From the NCBI GenBank assembly GCA_963925805.1, contig CAWUSE010000022.1:40740-104739 (forward strand): a stretch of DNA of 64,000 bases, in the 5' to 3' direction. Positions 38,152-48,019 of this stretch are shown here, in pieces (position 1 is the stretch's first letter; every line of letters starts with the position of its first letter). Source of the DNA: an uncultured Acidimicrobiales bacterium. GTDB lineage: Bacteria > Actinomycetota > Acidimicrobiia > Acidimicrobiales > UBA10347. The notes beneath the pieces were generated by a model. That model saw nothing but the letters and a program-made list of their open reading frames with translations, was not told the DNA's origin and searched no databases. The translations under genes were made by a program, and so were the position numbers.

Positions 38152-38770
38152 TGGCAACTGGCGTCAGACAGTCGAAAGAGGTGTCGACCCGATCGGTGAA
38201 GGCCTCAAGAAGATGGGTGTTAGCGCCGACGTTCTTACGTGTGCGGGCATCGTTATGTCGGTCGCGACGGCCTTCGTCATCGGAAATGGCTACCTGCGCT
38301 GGGGCCTCGTGGCCATGCTGGCAACGGGCATTCCCGATCTGCTCGATGGCGCAGTGGCCAAAGCTTCTGGCTCGGCATCTAAGCGCGGAGCCTTCTTCGA
38401 CTCGTCGATAGATCGGTTCAGCGACGCCTTCGTATTCGGCGGCCTGAGCTGGTATTACGCTGCGAACTTTCCGGGCACCTTGTCCGTGCTGCCGGTGGCC
38501 GTAATGTCTGCTGCGTTGATCACGTCCTACCTTCGGGCGAAGGGTGAACTGCTGGGCTACGACGCGAAGGGCGGCATCATGGAACGCGCTGAGCGTTTCA
38601 TCCTGTTGTCGGCTGGGCTTGCATTTCCTCGCATCCTTGAGCCAGTCCTCTGGATCATGCTTGTACTGACATGTGTGACGGTGGTGCAACGCTTCTTCAA
38701 GGTGTGGAAGCAGGCAACCGTCGAGATGCATGCGGACCGTGCAGAAGCAGCAGCTGCGGCCAAGAACTGA
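38144..38770 (+). CDS. pgsA: phosphatidylinositol-phosphate synthase (CDP-alcohol phosphatidyltransferase)
   Basis: DLLDGAVAK...GAFFDSSIDRFSD, SYLRAKGE, GIMERAER; PIM cluster context. Confidence 0.92.
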   Translation: MFDGNWRQTVERGVDPIGEGLKKMGVSADVLTCAGIVMSVATAFVIGNGYLRWGLVAMLATGIPDLLDGAVAKASGSASKRGAFFDSSIDRFSDAFVFGGLSWYYAANFPGTLSVLPVAVMSAALITSYLRAKGELLGYDAKGGIMERAERFILLSAGLAFPRILEPVLWIMLVLTCVTVVQRFFKVWKQATVEMHADRAEAAAAAKN

Positions 38771-38775
38771 CACCG

Positions 38776-39681
38776 ATGGCGTTCGATCTGACGCTTACGG
38801 TCTACAAAGCGGTTGCCGCGGCTGCCAGGACGTTGCCCCACGGGCTCATGAGCGGTTTGAGTCGTGCAGTAACGACCGCCATTCCGTGGTTCTCGCCCGA
38901 CCGCAGACTTGTTGTCGAGCGCAACCTCCGTCGCAGCGCTGACCACGAGCTGAGTGACAGCGAGTTGACCTTGGGCGTTCGCGCTGTGTTCCGCTCCTAT
39001 GCCCGGTACTACACCGACACCGCCCGTTTGCCCGGTCTATCTGCATCGGAGGTCGACCATGGCTTCAGTTACCAGGGCTTCGAGCACATTCAAAGTAGCC
39101 ATGCCCGCGGTAAAGGAACCATCCTGGTTGTGCCACATGTTGGCGGCTGGGAGTGGGCTGCGAGTTGGCTTGACAAGGTTCCGAAGTATCAGGTCACTGG
39201 TGTGGTCGAGGCATTGGACAACGACGAGCTCCGGCTATGGATGGAAGAGTGGCGAGAAGCTGTTGGCATCCAGGTGCTTCCACTGGGACAGGGCCTGGGT
39301 GGGGAGTTAGCACGCCGGCTGCGGGCGAACCATGTCTTGTGTTTGATGAGTGACCGCAACCTCGGTGATGGGGGAGTCGAAGTTGACTTCTTTGGCGAGT
39401 CGACCGAGCTGCCTGGGGGAGCCGCGACTTTGGCGCTGCGCACCGGCGCGACCATCGTGCCGGTCGCGGTGTATCACCGAGGCGAGCAGAACCACGCAAT
39501 CTGCGAACCACCGATCGTGGTGGAGCGACATGGCAAGATGCGAGAGGACATAAAGCGCATTACCCAGAATGTCGCGCACGTGATGGAGATGCAGATCCGA
39601 CGTGAGCCGCACCAATGGCTCGTATTACAACCGAATTGGCCGAGCGATCACCAGGCGTTGGCTGAGAGGGCAGGCGAGTGA
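38776..39681 (+). CDS. patA: phosphatidylinositol mannoside acyltransferase
   Basis: PHVGGWE (HxxxxE), LMSDRNL, VDFFG, PHQWLVLQPNW; lies between pgsA and pimA. Confidence 0.88.
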   Translation: MAFDLTLTVYKAVAAAARTLPHGLMSGLSRAVTTAIPWFSPDRRLVVERNLRRSADHELSDSELTLGVRAVFRSYARYYTDTARLPGLSASEVDHGFSYQGFEHIQSSHARGKGTILVVPHVGGWEWAASWLDKVPKYQVTGVVEALDNDELRLWMEEWREAVGIQVLPLGQGLGGELARRLRANHVLCLMSDRNLGDGGVEVDFFGESTELPGGAATLALRTGATIVPVAVYHRGEQNHAICEPPIVVERHGKMREDIKRITQNVAHVMEMQIRREPHQWLVLQPNWPSDHQALAERAGE

Positions 39682-40772
39682 GCTCCATGCGCGTCGGCAT
39701 GATCTGCCCGTACAGCCTTTCGGTACCAGGCGGCGTCCAGGAACAAGTCCTCGGTCTTGCTCGTGTCATGCGCCAGCGCGGGGTCGACGTGCGCGTGCTA
39801 GCGCCTTGCGATGGTCCGCCGCCAGACACTGGGATCACTTCGCTTGGCGCAAGTTTGCCGACGGCCGCCAACGGAAGCATCGCACCGATTGCTCCTGACA
39901 TATCGGCACAAGTCCGGCTGATCAAGGCGCTGTGGAATGAAGAGTTCGATGTATTGCACCTGCACGAGCCGCTCGCTCCCGGCATCGGGATCACGACCGT
40001 ACTCATGCAAGCTGCACCCATGGTTGGCACCTTTCATGCCGCTGGCCGAAGTTCGGCGTATCGTTGGGTCAACCGAGGATGTCGGGCGTTGCGCAGCCGT
40101 CTTTCCATTGCTTGCGCTGTGTCGTCCGAAGCCGAAGGATTGGCAGCGCGCTGGCTGGGTGGAAGTTACGAGCGTGTCTTCAACGGCATCGACGTGCAGC
40201 GGTACGCAACTGCAGTACCAACGCCAACGACCAAACCGACGATCTTGTTCCTAGGTCGTCATGAAGAACGCAAAGGGCTGCGTGTGTTGCTGCGAGCTTC
40301 TGAGCAGTTGCCGGCCGATGTCGGTATCTGGGTCGGTGGTGACGGTGACGAGACGAGCGCTCTGAAAAGAGAGTTCGCCAACAACCATCGCATCGAATGG
40401 TTAGGTCGACTGTCTGACCTAGAGAAGCCCGCTCGGCTGGCAGGTGCATCGGTTTTTTGTGCACCGTCACTGGGTGGCGAGTCGTTCGGCATCGTACTGC
40501 TTGAGGCCATGTCTGCAGGTACCCCAATCGTGGCGAGCGATATCACGGGGTATTCCCTGGTAGCGCGTGGAGGTTCCGACGCTCTCATGGTCGAGCCATC
40601 AAATCCGAATGCGTTGGCGCAGGCCCTCCGAACGGTACTTGCCTCGGGCCCCGAGGTACAGAAACGAGTCGAGCGAGGCATCGAACGAGCAGGTGAGTTC
40701 TCGATGGACGCCCTGGCCGATATTTATACAGAGAAGTATGAGCGAGCGTTGGCGACAGCCGTTCGACGTTGA
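39678..40772 (+). CDS. pimA: phosphatidyl-myo-inositol alpha-mannosyltransferase (GT4)
   Basis: CPYSLSVPGGVQ, NGSIAP, LHLHEPLAP, ERKG, GGESFGIVLLEAM. Confidence 0.92.
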   Translation: MSSMRVGMICPYSLSVPGGVQEQVLGLARVMRQRGVDVRVLAPCDGPPPDTGITSLGASLPTAANGSIAPIAPDISAQVRLIKALWNEEFDVLHLHEPLAPGIGITTVLMQAAPMVGTFHAAGRSSAYRWVNRGCRALRSRLSIACAVSSEAEGLAARWLGGSYERVFNGIDVQRYATAVPTPTTKPTILFLGRHEERKGLRVLLRASEQLPADVGIWVGGDGDETSALKREFANNHRIEWLGRLSDLEKPARLAGASVFCAPSLGGESFGIVLLEAMSAGTPIVASDITGYSLVARGGSDALMVEPSNPNALAQALRTVLASGPEVQKRVERGIERAGEFSMDALADIYTEKYERALATAVRR

Positions 40773-41256
40773 ACAGCTCTAGGCGCTGGACCGTTACTTG
40801 CTAGCCACGTTCGCCGCTGAGCTTAGAAGCGTCGACGGCATCACCGTGTTCGTGATGATCGGATAGTTCGAAAGGTTACGAGACAGCAGGGTAGGAATTG
40901 AGCAACCGCATCCGCTGCGCCGTAGCAGATTGCAAGCCCGTTGTCGTCACTCTGGCAGCGCCCCAGGGATCTGATGGACAGGTTCTCACTGATGGCGCCT
41001 TCGGCCAGCAACTCACGTTTAATAGCCACGGGCCGGAAGGTTCCTAGTAGAGATACACCGGCCCGCAAGGCGCTGGTTGTGCCTCGACGATGGCTGGCCG
41101 GTTGTGCTGTTGTGGGATGTAGCGGTGGGCAGACGAAAGGACGCGCAGGGTGTAGCCGGTGCTGTTGGCGAGAACGGACAGTCTGGTGGGGGACCGAGTG
41201 CACTAGCGGTGGATGGTGGGCACAGACAGCTCATGTCAGGCGGTAACCTGCCATCA

Positions 41257-41991
41257 ATGTCGGATAATCCTCCTATTGCCCTGATGCTGCTGCCGCTACC
41301 GTTGGTCGTTGGTTCGATCATTGGCGCTGTTGTCGGTTTCGTCACGGGATCCTGGTTGTGGGCGGTCGTCGCCCTCGTCTTGGTCGCTCTCGCTGTCGGC
41401 GCTGCAGCGTTCTTAGTCGCTGAATCCATGGCACTTCGTCTGCTCAAGGCCCGTCCGCTCGCCGACGGGGGATCGCACGAGCTGCGCAATCAGCTCGAAG
41501 AACTCTGTGCCCGCACTGGCTTGAGCGAACCAGACCTCTACACCGTTGGGCCCGGCGCACCAGCGATTGCTTCGGTGGGTCGTGTAGGTAGCGCCCTCAT
41601 TGTGACTGACGGACTTACCGATGACCTGACGATCGTCGAACTCGAAGCCGCCGTGGCCCGCGAGTTGGCTCGCATCCAGAGCGGCTTCACCACTGTTGAC
41701 ACGTTGGCAGTTCCCTTTATTACGGTTCCGTTTGGGTTCGTAAGCGGGTTTGCCGACAAAGTTTTGCGTTTCTTCCGAGGCGGGGATCACGACGCTCGCA
41801 TCGATCTTGAGGGGATTGCGATCACCCGGTATCCGCCCGGCATGAGTGCGGCGCTTTCGAAGATGACCGCGGTCCCGTCGGTAGCGGCAAAGGCAGCCGC
41901 TCACCTCTGGGCTGTCGGAAGCCTCGGACCAGGTAAGGGCCCGGGCAGCTACGGCATCGACGAGCGAATCGAACTACTGCAAGAGCTGTAG
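41257..41991 (+). CDS. M48/HtpX-like membrane protein with degenerate zinc-binding motif
   Basis: Two N-terminal TM, LEELCARTGLSEPDLY, IVTDGL, ELEAAVARELAR, ITRYPPGMSAALSK, IDERIELL; TAACCT-N7-ATG start. Confidence 0.82.
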   Translation: MSDNPPIALMLLPLPLVVGSIIGAVVGFVTGSWLWAVVALVLVALAVGAAAFLVAESMALRLLKARPLADGGSHELRNQLEELCARTGLSEPDLYTVGPGAPAIASVGRVGSALIVTDGLTDDLTIVELEAAVARELARIQSGFTTVDTLAVPFITVPFGFVSGFADKVLRFFRGGDHDARIDLEGIAITRYPPGMSAALSKMTAVPSVAAKAAAHLWAVGSLGPGKGPGSYGIDERIELLQEL

Positions 41992-42186
41992 TTTCGTCCT
42001 CGAGTACGTGGAGGTCTGGGCTCTGAAACATGGCCCCGCATTGCGTATCGACGCCGTGCGAGCGGTTGACGAGCCAGCTGCTGGTCATGCCGGCAGACAG
42101 ACAGGAGACAGAGATACTCTGGCCCGCGAACAAATGTCATGCGAAATGGCTTCCGGCTGCGCCGCGTTCACCCATAGACTTGCGCT

Positions 42187-43077
42187 ATGAGTCAAAATCG
42201 CCAGACAGGCACCTACGAGGTCAAGCGAGGCCTCGCCGAGATGCTGAAGGGCGGCGTCATCATGGACGTCGTCAACCCGGAGCAAGCCAAGATCGCCGAA
42301 GACGCGGGCGCTATCGCCGTCATGGCCCTTGAGCGGGTTCCTGCCGACATTCGCGTCGACGGTGGTGTGGCCCGAATGAGTGACCCCGAAATGATCATCG
42401 GCATCCAAGAAGCCGTGACCATTCCCGTTATGGCCAAGGCCCGCATTGGTCACTTTGTCGAAGCCCAGATCTTGCAAGCACTCGAGGTTGACTTCATCGA
42501 CGAGTCTGAAGTGCTTACCCCAGCAGATGAAGCTCATCACATTGATAAGTTCGCCTTCAAGACTCCATTTGTTTGCGGTGCTACCAACCTGGGTGAAGCT
42601 CTGCGGCGAATCTCCGAAGGCGCATGCCTGATCCGCTCCAAGGGCGAAGCTGGTACCGGTGACGTCGTGCAGGCAGTGCGTCATCTTCGCTCAATTCTGG
42701 GCGACATGAAGCGCATCCAGAACGCCAACGACAACGCCGAACTCTTCGACTGGGCGAAGAAGCTCCAGGCTCCGCTGGCACTGGTTCAAGAAGTCGCCGA
42801 GACCGGCCAACTGCCCGTGCCAATGTTCTGTGCTGGAGGGCTTGCAACACCCGCCGATGCTGCGCTGGCTATGCAACTCGGCGCCCAATCGGTGTTCGTT
42901 GGATCCGGTATCTTCAAGAGTGCCGATCCTGCACCGCGTGCTCGTGCCATCGTCGAGGCAACTGCCAACTTTGAAGATGCTGCATTGCTGGCCAGGGTTT
43001 CGCGTGGTCTCGGTGCCCCAATGACTGGCATCGGCATGGATGACCTTGAGGTCAAGTACGAAGACCGCGGCTGGTAG
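42187..43077 (+). CDS. pdxS: pyridoxal 5'-phosphate synthase lyase subunit
   Basis: [45 protein letters not shown]. Confidence 0.98.
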   Translation: MSQNRQTGTYEVKRGLAEMLKGGVIMDVVNPEQAKIAEDAGAIAVMALERVPADIRVDGGVARMSDPEMIIGIQEAVTIPVMAKARIGHFVEAQILQALEVDFIDESEVLTPADEAHHIDKFAFKTPFVCGATNLGEALRRISEGACLIRSKGEAGTGDVVQAVRHLRSILGDMKRIQNANDNAELFDWAKKLQAPLALVQEVAETGQLPVPMFCAGGLATPADAALAMQLGAQSVFVGSGIFKSADPAPRARAIVEATANFEDAALLARVSRGLGAPMTGIGMDDLEVKYEDRGW

Positions 43078-43098
43078 CACCTTCCAGGAGCCCGTCTC

Positions 43099-43677
43099 GT
43101 GACGAATCGAATTGGTGTCCTCGCGCTACAGGGCGCGTTCGCAATGCATGTTCAGGCGTGCACTGAGCTCGGCCTTGACGCGATCGAAGTCCGCACCGAA
43201 GCAGAATTGGACACCGTTGATCGGGTCATCATCCCTGGTGGTGAATCGACGACTATGTCGATGATGCTCGATCTCAATAATATTCGCGAGCCGCTCGCGG
43301 CGCGTCTGGCAGATGGCATGCCAGCGTTTGGGACCTGTGCCGGAATGATTCTGCTGGCGACAGATGTCGCCGACGGCCGACCTGACCAGAAGAGCTTTTC
43401 CTCGATCGATATTGGCGTTAAACGCAACGGCTACGGCCGACAGAATCAGTCGTTCTCCGATGACCTGCGTATCGACGCGATCGCGAACCCAGCCGACGGG
43501 TTCCATGCAGTTTTCATTCGCGCTCCTCGAGTTGAACGAGTCGGCGAAGGCGTCGATGTGCTGGTGAGCCATGGCGGCGATCCGGTGTTATGTCAGCAGA
43601 AGTCTGTGCTCGTGTCGGCCTTTCATCCTGAACTGTCGTCAGACCTGCGGTTACACCGCTACTTTTGTGACCTGTAG
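43099..43677 (+). CDS. pdxT: PLP synthase glutaminase subunit
   Basis: GVLALQG, PGGESTT, GTCAGMI, FIRAP, FHPEL. Confidence 0.97.
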   Translation: MTNRIGVLALQGAFAMHVQACTELGLDAIEVRTEAELDTVDRVIIPGGESTTMSMMLDLNNIREPLAARLADGMPAFGTCAGMILLATDVADGRPDQKSFSSIDIGVKRNGYGRQNQSFSDDLRIDAIANPADGFHAVFIRAPRVERVGEGVDVLVSHGGDPVLCQQKSVLVSAFHPELSSDLRLHRYFCDL

Positions 43678-43773
43678 TCTTTCAGGGCTCGACATTGTCG
43701 ATGTTCGAGACCACATTGTTTGAGATCCCGCGTTATGAGAACTGTGCGTGGCTGAGCTGAAAGACAGACCACT

Positions 43774-44526
43774 ATGTCGGGTCATTCCAAATGGGCAACG
43801 ATCAAGCACAAAAAGGGCGCTGCTGACTCCAAACGCGCCAAAGTCTTCGCCAAGCTGATCAAGCAGGTCGAAGTTGCCGCTCGCGAAGGCGGTGGCGATC
43901 TCGATTCGAACGCGAGCCTCCGGACGATGTACCAGAAGGCCCGCGATTCGTCGGTGCCGCTGGACACGATTGAGCGTGCTGTCAAGCGGGGTACCGGCGA
44001 ACTCGAAGGCGTGAACTACGAGCCGATTGCCTACGAGGGGTACGCCCCTGCTGGCGTGGCGCTGTATATCGATGTGCTGACCGATAACCGGAACCGAAGT
44101 GGCTCCGAGGTTCGCAGCATGCTTTCGAAGAATGGCGGTTCACTCGCAGAACCGGGAGCGGTCTCGTGGCAGTTTGATCGCAAGGGCGTCGTGCTGTTAC
44201 CGAAAGGCGATCATGACGAAGATGAACTGATGATGATCGCGCTGGAGGCGGGGGCAGAAGATCTTGCTGATGTGGGCGAGGCATGGCAGCTCATAAGTGA
44301 GCCGACGGACCTGAACGGTCTGCGTGACGCTCTTGTCGAAGCCAAGATTGTGTTTACTTCGGCTGACTTGGTGATGGTCCCCCAGCAGACGATCGAGCTG
44401 AACGAGAGCGAGGCCAAGTCGGTTCTGCGACTGATCGAAGTCCTCGAAGACAACGATGACGTGCAAGACGTCTACGCCAACTTCGACATCTCCGACGAGG
44501 TTATGGCGATTCTGACGGCGGATTAG
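43774..44526 (+). CDS. yebC: YebC/PmpR family protein
   Basis: MSGHSKWATIKHKKGAAD, YEGY, TDNRNR, LEDNDDVQDVYAN. Confidence 0.97.
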   Translation: MSGHSKWATIKHKKGAADSKRAKVFAKLIKQVEVAAREGGGDLDSNASLRTMYQKARDSSVPLDTIERAVKRGTGELEGVNYEPIAYEGYAPAGVALYIDVLTDNRNRSGSEVRSMLSKNGGSLAEPGAVSWQFDRKGVVLLPKGDHDEDELMMIALEAGAEDLADVGEAWQLISEPTDLNGLRDALVEAKIVFTSADLVMVPQQTIELNESEAKSVLRLIEVLEDNDDVQDVYANFDISDEVMAILTAD

Positions 44527-44527
44527 T

Positions 44528-44713
44528 GCAATTCTGAGTGTCGGGTGGAGCGAAGCGTGGCGCTGCTCGTGTAGGACCATCCGCCCGAGTGCAGCCGTCA
44601 ACGCAATCGACAAGTAGCGAAGGGCGTTCAATCCATGGTGGGCATGCAGCGGTCGTGGTGCGTTGTTGGACAGAGTGAGGCTTCGCAGCGTTCGACATGA
44701 CACTCAGGACTGC
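44528..44713. other. inverted-repeat-bounded structured intergenic element (ncRNA or MITE-like)
   Basis: GCAATTCTGAGTGTC (44528-44542) pairs with GACACTCAGGACTGC (44699-44713); additional internal stems. Confidence 0.45.
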
Positions 44714-44745
44714 TAGGTATTCCCGACCTGCGCCGATCGACAAGA

Positions 44746-44766
44746 TAGAGTAGAACGGATGTTCGT
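44746..44766 (+). promoter_or_regulatory. -10 box (TAGAGT) and LexA/SOS box overlapping the ruvC start codon
   Basis: TAGAAC-GGAT-GTTCGT (44751-44766) versus actinobacterial TCGAAC-N4-GTTCGA. Confidence 0.75.
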
Positions 44767-45250
44767 GTTGGGAATTGACCCTGGGTTGTCGCGCTGTGGT
44801 TATGGCGTGGTTGAACAACGAGGCCGTCGCCAGCGAGCAGTCGCTGCAGGGGTGGTTCGCACGAGTCCGGCCGACAGTATCCCTGATCGTCTGGCGGAAC
44901 TCCAGGGCGAGATTCGTCTGCTCATCAGTGACTTCTCTCCGACGGTTGTTGCCGTTGAGCGTGTGTTGTTTCAAACAAACGTCAGTACGGCTATGGGCGT
45001 CGGGCAGGCAAGCGGCATCGTGATGGCCGAAGCGATCACGGCAGGCTGCAAGGTCGTTGAATACTCGCCGAACGAAATAAAGCTGGCTGTGGCTGGCGAC
45101 GGCAGCGCAGACAAGGATCAAATGGAGCACATGGTAAGACTCTTGCTGGATATCTCTAAACCGTTACGGCCGGTCGATGCCGCAGACGCTCTCGGTGTTG
45201 CATTGACGTACTTGGCCCAACACGGTGTGCCCGCAGGCATGGGCGCATGA
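44759..45250 (+). CDS. ruvC: crossover junction endodeoxyribonuclease
   Basis: VLGIDPG, VAVERV, EYSPNEIK, ADKDQM, DAADAL. Confidence 0.97.
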   Translation: MFVLGIDPGLSRCGYGVVEQRGRRQRAVAAGVVRTSPADSIPDRLAELQGEIRLLISDFSPTVVAVERVLFQTNVSTAMGVGQASGIVMAEAITAGCKVVEYSPNEIKLAVAGDGSADKDQMEHMVRLLLDISKPLRPVDAADALGVALTYLAQHGVPAGMGA

Positions 45251-45837
45251 TCGGGTCGCTTCGTGGCGAACTTCTCGGCCGCGAACCCAACGAGGTTCTG
45301 ATCGAAGTGGCGGGTATTGGCTACCGCGTCACGGTAGGACCATCAGTGTCGGCGGTCCTGGGTGAGGTCGGCGCAAGCGTCTTCGTTCATATCCACCACC
45401 ACATCCGAGAAGACAACCAGCACCTTTACGGTTTTGCAGCGCTCGACGAGCGCATGATGTTCGAGACCCTTCTCAGTGCACATGGCGTTGGCCCCTCACT
45501 TGCCCTCGCGATCTTGTCGGTGCATGGGCCTGACGGTTTACGGCGTGCGGTCGTCGACGAAGATGTCGCCACCCTGTGCCTGGTTCCTGGCGTGGGCAAG
45601 AAGACAGCGCAACGGCTGTTGGTCGAACTATCTTCAAAGGTCGAGGCCCCTGCCGGTCATTCTGGCGCAGCGGCCGCGGTGCCTGGCGGGTTGAGTAGTT
45701 CTCGTAGTGATGTTCGCGACGGGCTCTCGGCGTTGGGCTATAGCGACGACGAAATTGCACATGCCCTTCGCGAAGTTTCCGACGAAGGCACCACCGCTAC
45801 CCAGATCCGGGCCGCTCTCAACCGGTTGGCGTTCTGA
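45247..45837 (+). CDS. ruvA: Holliday junction branch migration protein
   Basis: [38 protein letters not shown]. Confidence 0.97.
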   Translation: MIGSLRGELLGREPNEVLIEVAGIGYRVTVGPSVSAVLGEVGASVFVHIHHHIREDNQHLYGFAALDERMMFETLLSAHGVGPSLALAILSVHGPDGLRRAVVDEDVATLCLVPGVGKKTAQRLLVELSSKVEAPAGHSGAAAAVPGGLSSSRSDVRDGLSALGYSDDEIAHALREVSDEGTTATQIRAALNRLAF

Positions 45838-46910
45838 TGGCTCGTGACGAATTGCTAGATGCGGCCGTTGTCGACGAGGACTTTGAGGCTGAGGGCCTTG
45901 ATCAACAAGGGTTGGTAGCTGACCATGCGGGTCTCCGCCCGACGTCGCTCGATGACTTCGTTGGACAGCCCGAACTCAAGCGTCATCTATCGATTATCCT
46001 GGGGGCGGCCCGTAACCGCAACGAGCCTGCTGACCATCTCATGTTTGCTGGTCCGCCGGGGCTGGGTAAGACCACGTTGGCACACATCGTGGCTACTGAG
46101 ATGCAAGCCCAGATCCATACAACCTCGGGTCCATCGTTGGAACGAGCTGGTGACCTGGCGGCAATCTTGACCAAACTGTCGCCCGGCGACGTTCTGTTCA
46201 TCGACGAAATTCATCGCCTCGGTAAGCAGATCGAAGAAGTCCTGTATCCGGCTATGGAGGACTTTGAACTCGACATCGTGTTAGGAAAAGGTCCAGCGGC
46301 TCGTTCGATTCGCTTAGAGATCCCACCGTTCACGCTGGTTGGGGCGACAACCAGAATCGGTCTGATCACCGGGCCGCTGCGCGACCGCTTCGGCGAGGTT
46401 GCTCGACTGGACTTCTACGACGTCGATGACCTGCAGACGATCGTCACTCGCGCTGCTCGGATTTTGGGTGTCGAGATCGACGAGGGAGGTGCCCACGAAA
46501 TCGCTATCCGTTCGCGGGGAACACCGCGTATTGCTAATCGGCTACTGCGACGGGTGCGAGACGTTGCCGAGACCGACTACGACGGTCGTATCAATCACGA
46601 GATCGCCTCCATTGGTCTCGAACTGTTTGGCGTGGATGCGCTTGGTCTGAACAAGGTTGACCGCGGCATTCTGTCAGCGCTGTGCGGCCGATTCGGCGGC
46701 CATCCCGTTGGGCTTTCTACACTCGCGATCTCGGTCTCAGAGCCAACCGAGACCGTCGAAGACGTGCACGAGCCGTTCTTGATTCAGCAAGGCCTGCTCA
46801 TGCGTACGCCGCGCGGCCGTATTCCCACGCCAGCAGCGTGGCGCCATCTGGGGCTGGCCCCGCCGATCACCGCCGATGATGGCCAAGACGGACTCTTCCC
46901 AAGGGCCTAG
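45837..46910 (+). CDS. ruvB: Holliday junction branch migration ATPase
   Basis: [46 protein letters not shown]. Confidence 0.98.
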   Translation: MARDELLDAAVVDEDFEAEGLDQQGLVADHAGLRPTSLDDFVGQPELKRHLSIILGAARNRNEPADHLMFAGPPGLGKTTLAHIVATEMQAQIHTTSGPSLERAGDLAAILTKLSPGDVLFIDEIHRLGKQIEEVLYPAMEDFELDIVLGKGPAARSIRLEIPPFTLVGATTRIGLITGPLRDRFGEVARLDFYDVDDLQTIVTRAARILGVEIDEGGAHEIAIRSRGTPRIANRLLRRVRDVAETDYDGRINHEIASIGLELFGVDALGLNKVDRGILSALCGRFGGHPVGLSTLAISVSEPTETVEDVHEPFLIQQGLLMRTPRGRIPTPAAWRHLGLAPPITADDGQDGLFPRA

Positions 46911-46925
46911 TCGCTCGTCGGCCCG

Positions 46926-46962
46926 TGGCTTGAGACGTGCAGGTCGTACACGTCTCAAGCCA
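46926..46962. repeat. 14-bp perfect inverted repeat between ruvB and queA (terminator/REP-like)
   Basis: TGGCTTGAGACGTG-caggtcgta-CACGTCTCAAGCCA. Confidence 0.8.
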
Positions 46963-47002
46963 GGGGTCGTGATCCAACGGTGAAGCCGCCAGACTGGCGG
47001 CG

Positions 47003-48019
47003 ATGTTACGGCTAGACGAATTTGACTACGACCTGCCCGGCGAGTCGATCGCCCAAACGCCGTGTGAACCACGAGACGCTGCCCGATTGCTCGACTCGCT
47101 TGCCAGCGATGTCGGGCCGATCCATCGGCAAGTGCGTGACCTGCCGTTACTGATTGGGCCCGGCGATGTCATCGTCATCAACGACACTCGCGTGATCCCG
47201 GCTCGGCTCGCCATGCAGAAGACCACAGGGGGCGCAGCAGAAGTGATGTTGCTTGACCCGCTCGACGACGGAAGCTGGCGTGCACTTGTCCGTCCGAGTC
47301 GACGCGTCAAGCCAGGAACCACTTTGCTCGACATGGACGGCGATGACGCTCTTCGCATCGAAGACGATCTGGGTGACGGTGTTCGAGCGGTATACAGCGT
47401 CACTGCCGAGTCGGTTCTCGAGATAGCGCACCGGGTGGGCCAGGTGCCGCTGCCGCCTTACATCACGTCGGGATACGCAAACGCGGAGCGATACCAGACG
47501 GTCTACGCCCGGAACGAACAGTCTGTTGCCGCCCCGACAGCGGGGTTGCACTTCACGCCAGAACTAATGGAGCAATGCACCACGGCCGGAGCGCAAATAC
47601 ATCGGGTGGAACTCGCTGTCGGGCTTGGCACCTTCCGACCGATTCTGGTCGACGATCTCAATGACCATGAGATGCACGCCGAGCGTTTCTCTGTACCCGC
47701 TGAGGTGCTCGAGGCGTGTGCAGCAGCCGATCGGGTGATAGCGATTGGCACCACAAGCGTCCGAGCGCTGGAGAGTGCAGCGACATTCGGTGTCGCCCAG
47801 GGCTCGACCGATTTGTTTATTAGTCCCGGCTACGAGTTCAAGGTGGTCGACGTGCTTCTTACGAACTTCCATCAGCCAAAGTCCTCGTTGCTTGTAATGT
47901 TGTGTGCCTTCGCCGGCGAGCGGTGGCGCGATATTTACGCTGAAGCGCTTGCCGAGAATTACCGCTTTCTTTCCTTCGGCGACGCAATGATCGTCGCCCG
48001 ATCCCACGAGGCCCACTGA
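47003..48019 (+). CDS. queA: S-adenosylmethionine:tRNA ribosyltransferase-isomerase
   Basis: FDYDLP, NDTRVIPARL, PLPPYI, YQTVYA, AAPTAGLHF, TNFHQPKS, YRFLSFGDAM. Confidence 0.97.
   Translation: MLRLDEFDYDLPGESIAQTPCEPRDAARLLDSLASDVGPIHRQVRDLPLLIGPGDVIVINDTRVIPARLAMQKTTGGAAEVMLLDPLDDGSWRALVRPSRRVKPGTTLLDMDGDDALRIEDDLGDGVRAVYSVTAESVLEIAHRVGQVPLPPYITSGYANAERYQTVYARNEQSVAAPTAGLHFTPELMEQCTTAGAQIHRVELAVGLGTFRPILVDDLNDHEMHAERFSVPAEVLEACAAADRVIAIGTTSVRALESAATFGVAQGSTDLFISPGYEFKVVDVLLTNFHQPKSSLLVMLCAFAGERWRDIYAEALAENYRFLSFGDAMIVARSHEAH

Noticed and set aside
40773-41256. ORFs 40841-41203(-), 40941-41246(+) and the 60-aa N-terminal extension of the M48 ORF
   Set aside because: No motifs and atypical composition; the TAACCT-N7-ATG signal places the real start at 41257.
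43689-43709. Possible SOS box upstream of yebC (TCGACATTGTCGATGTTCGAG)
   Set aside because: Only the GTTCGA half-site matches; there is no GAAC at the 4-nt spacing.
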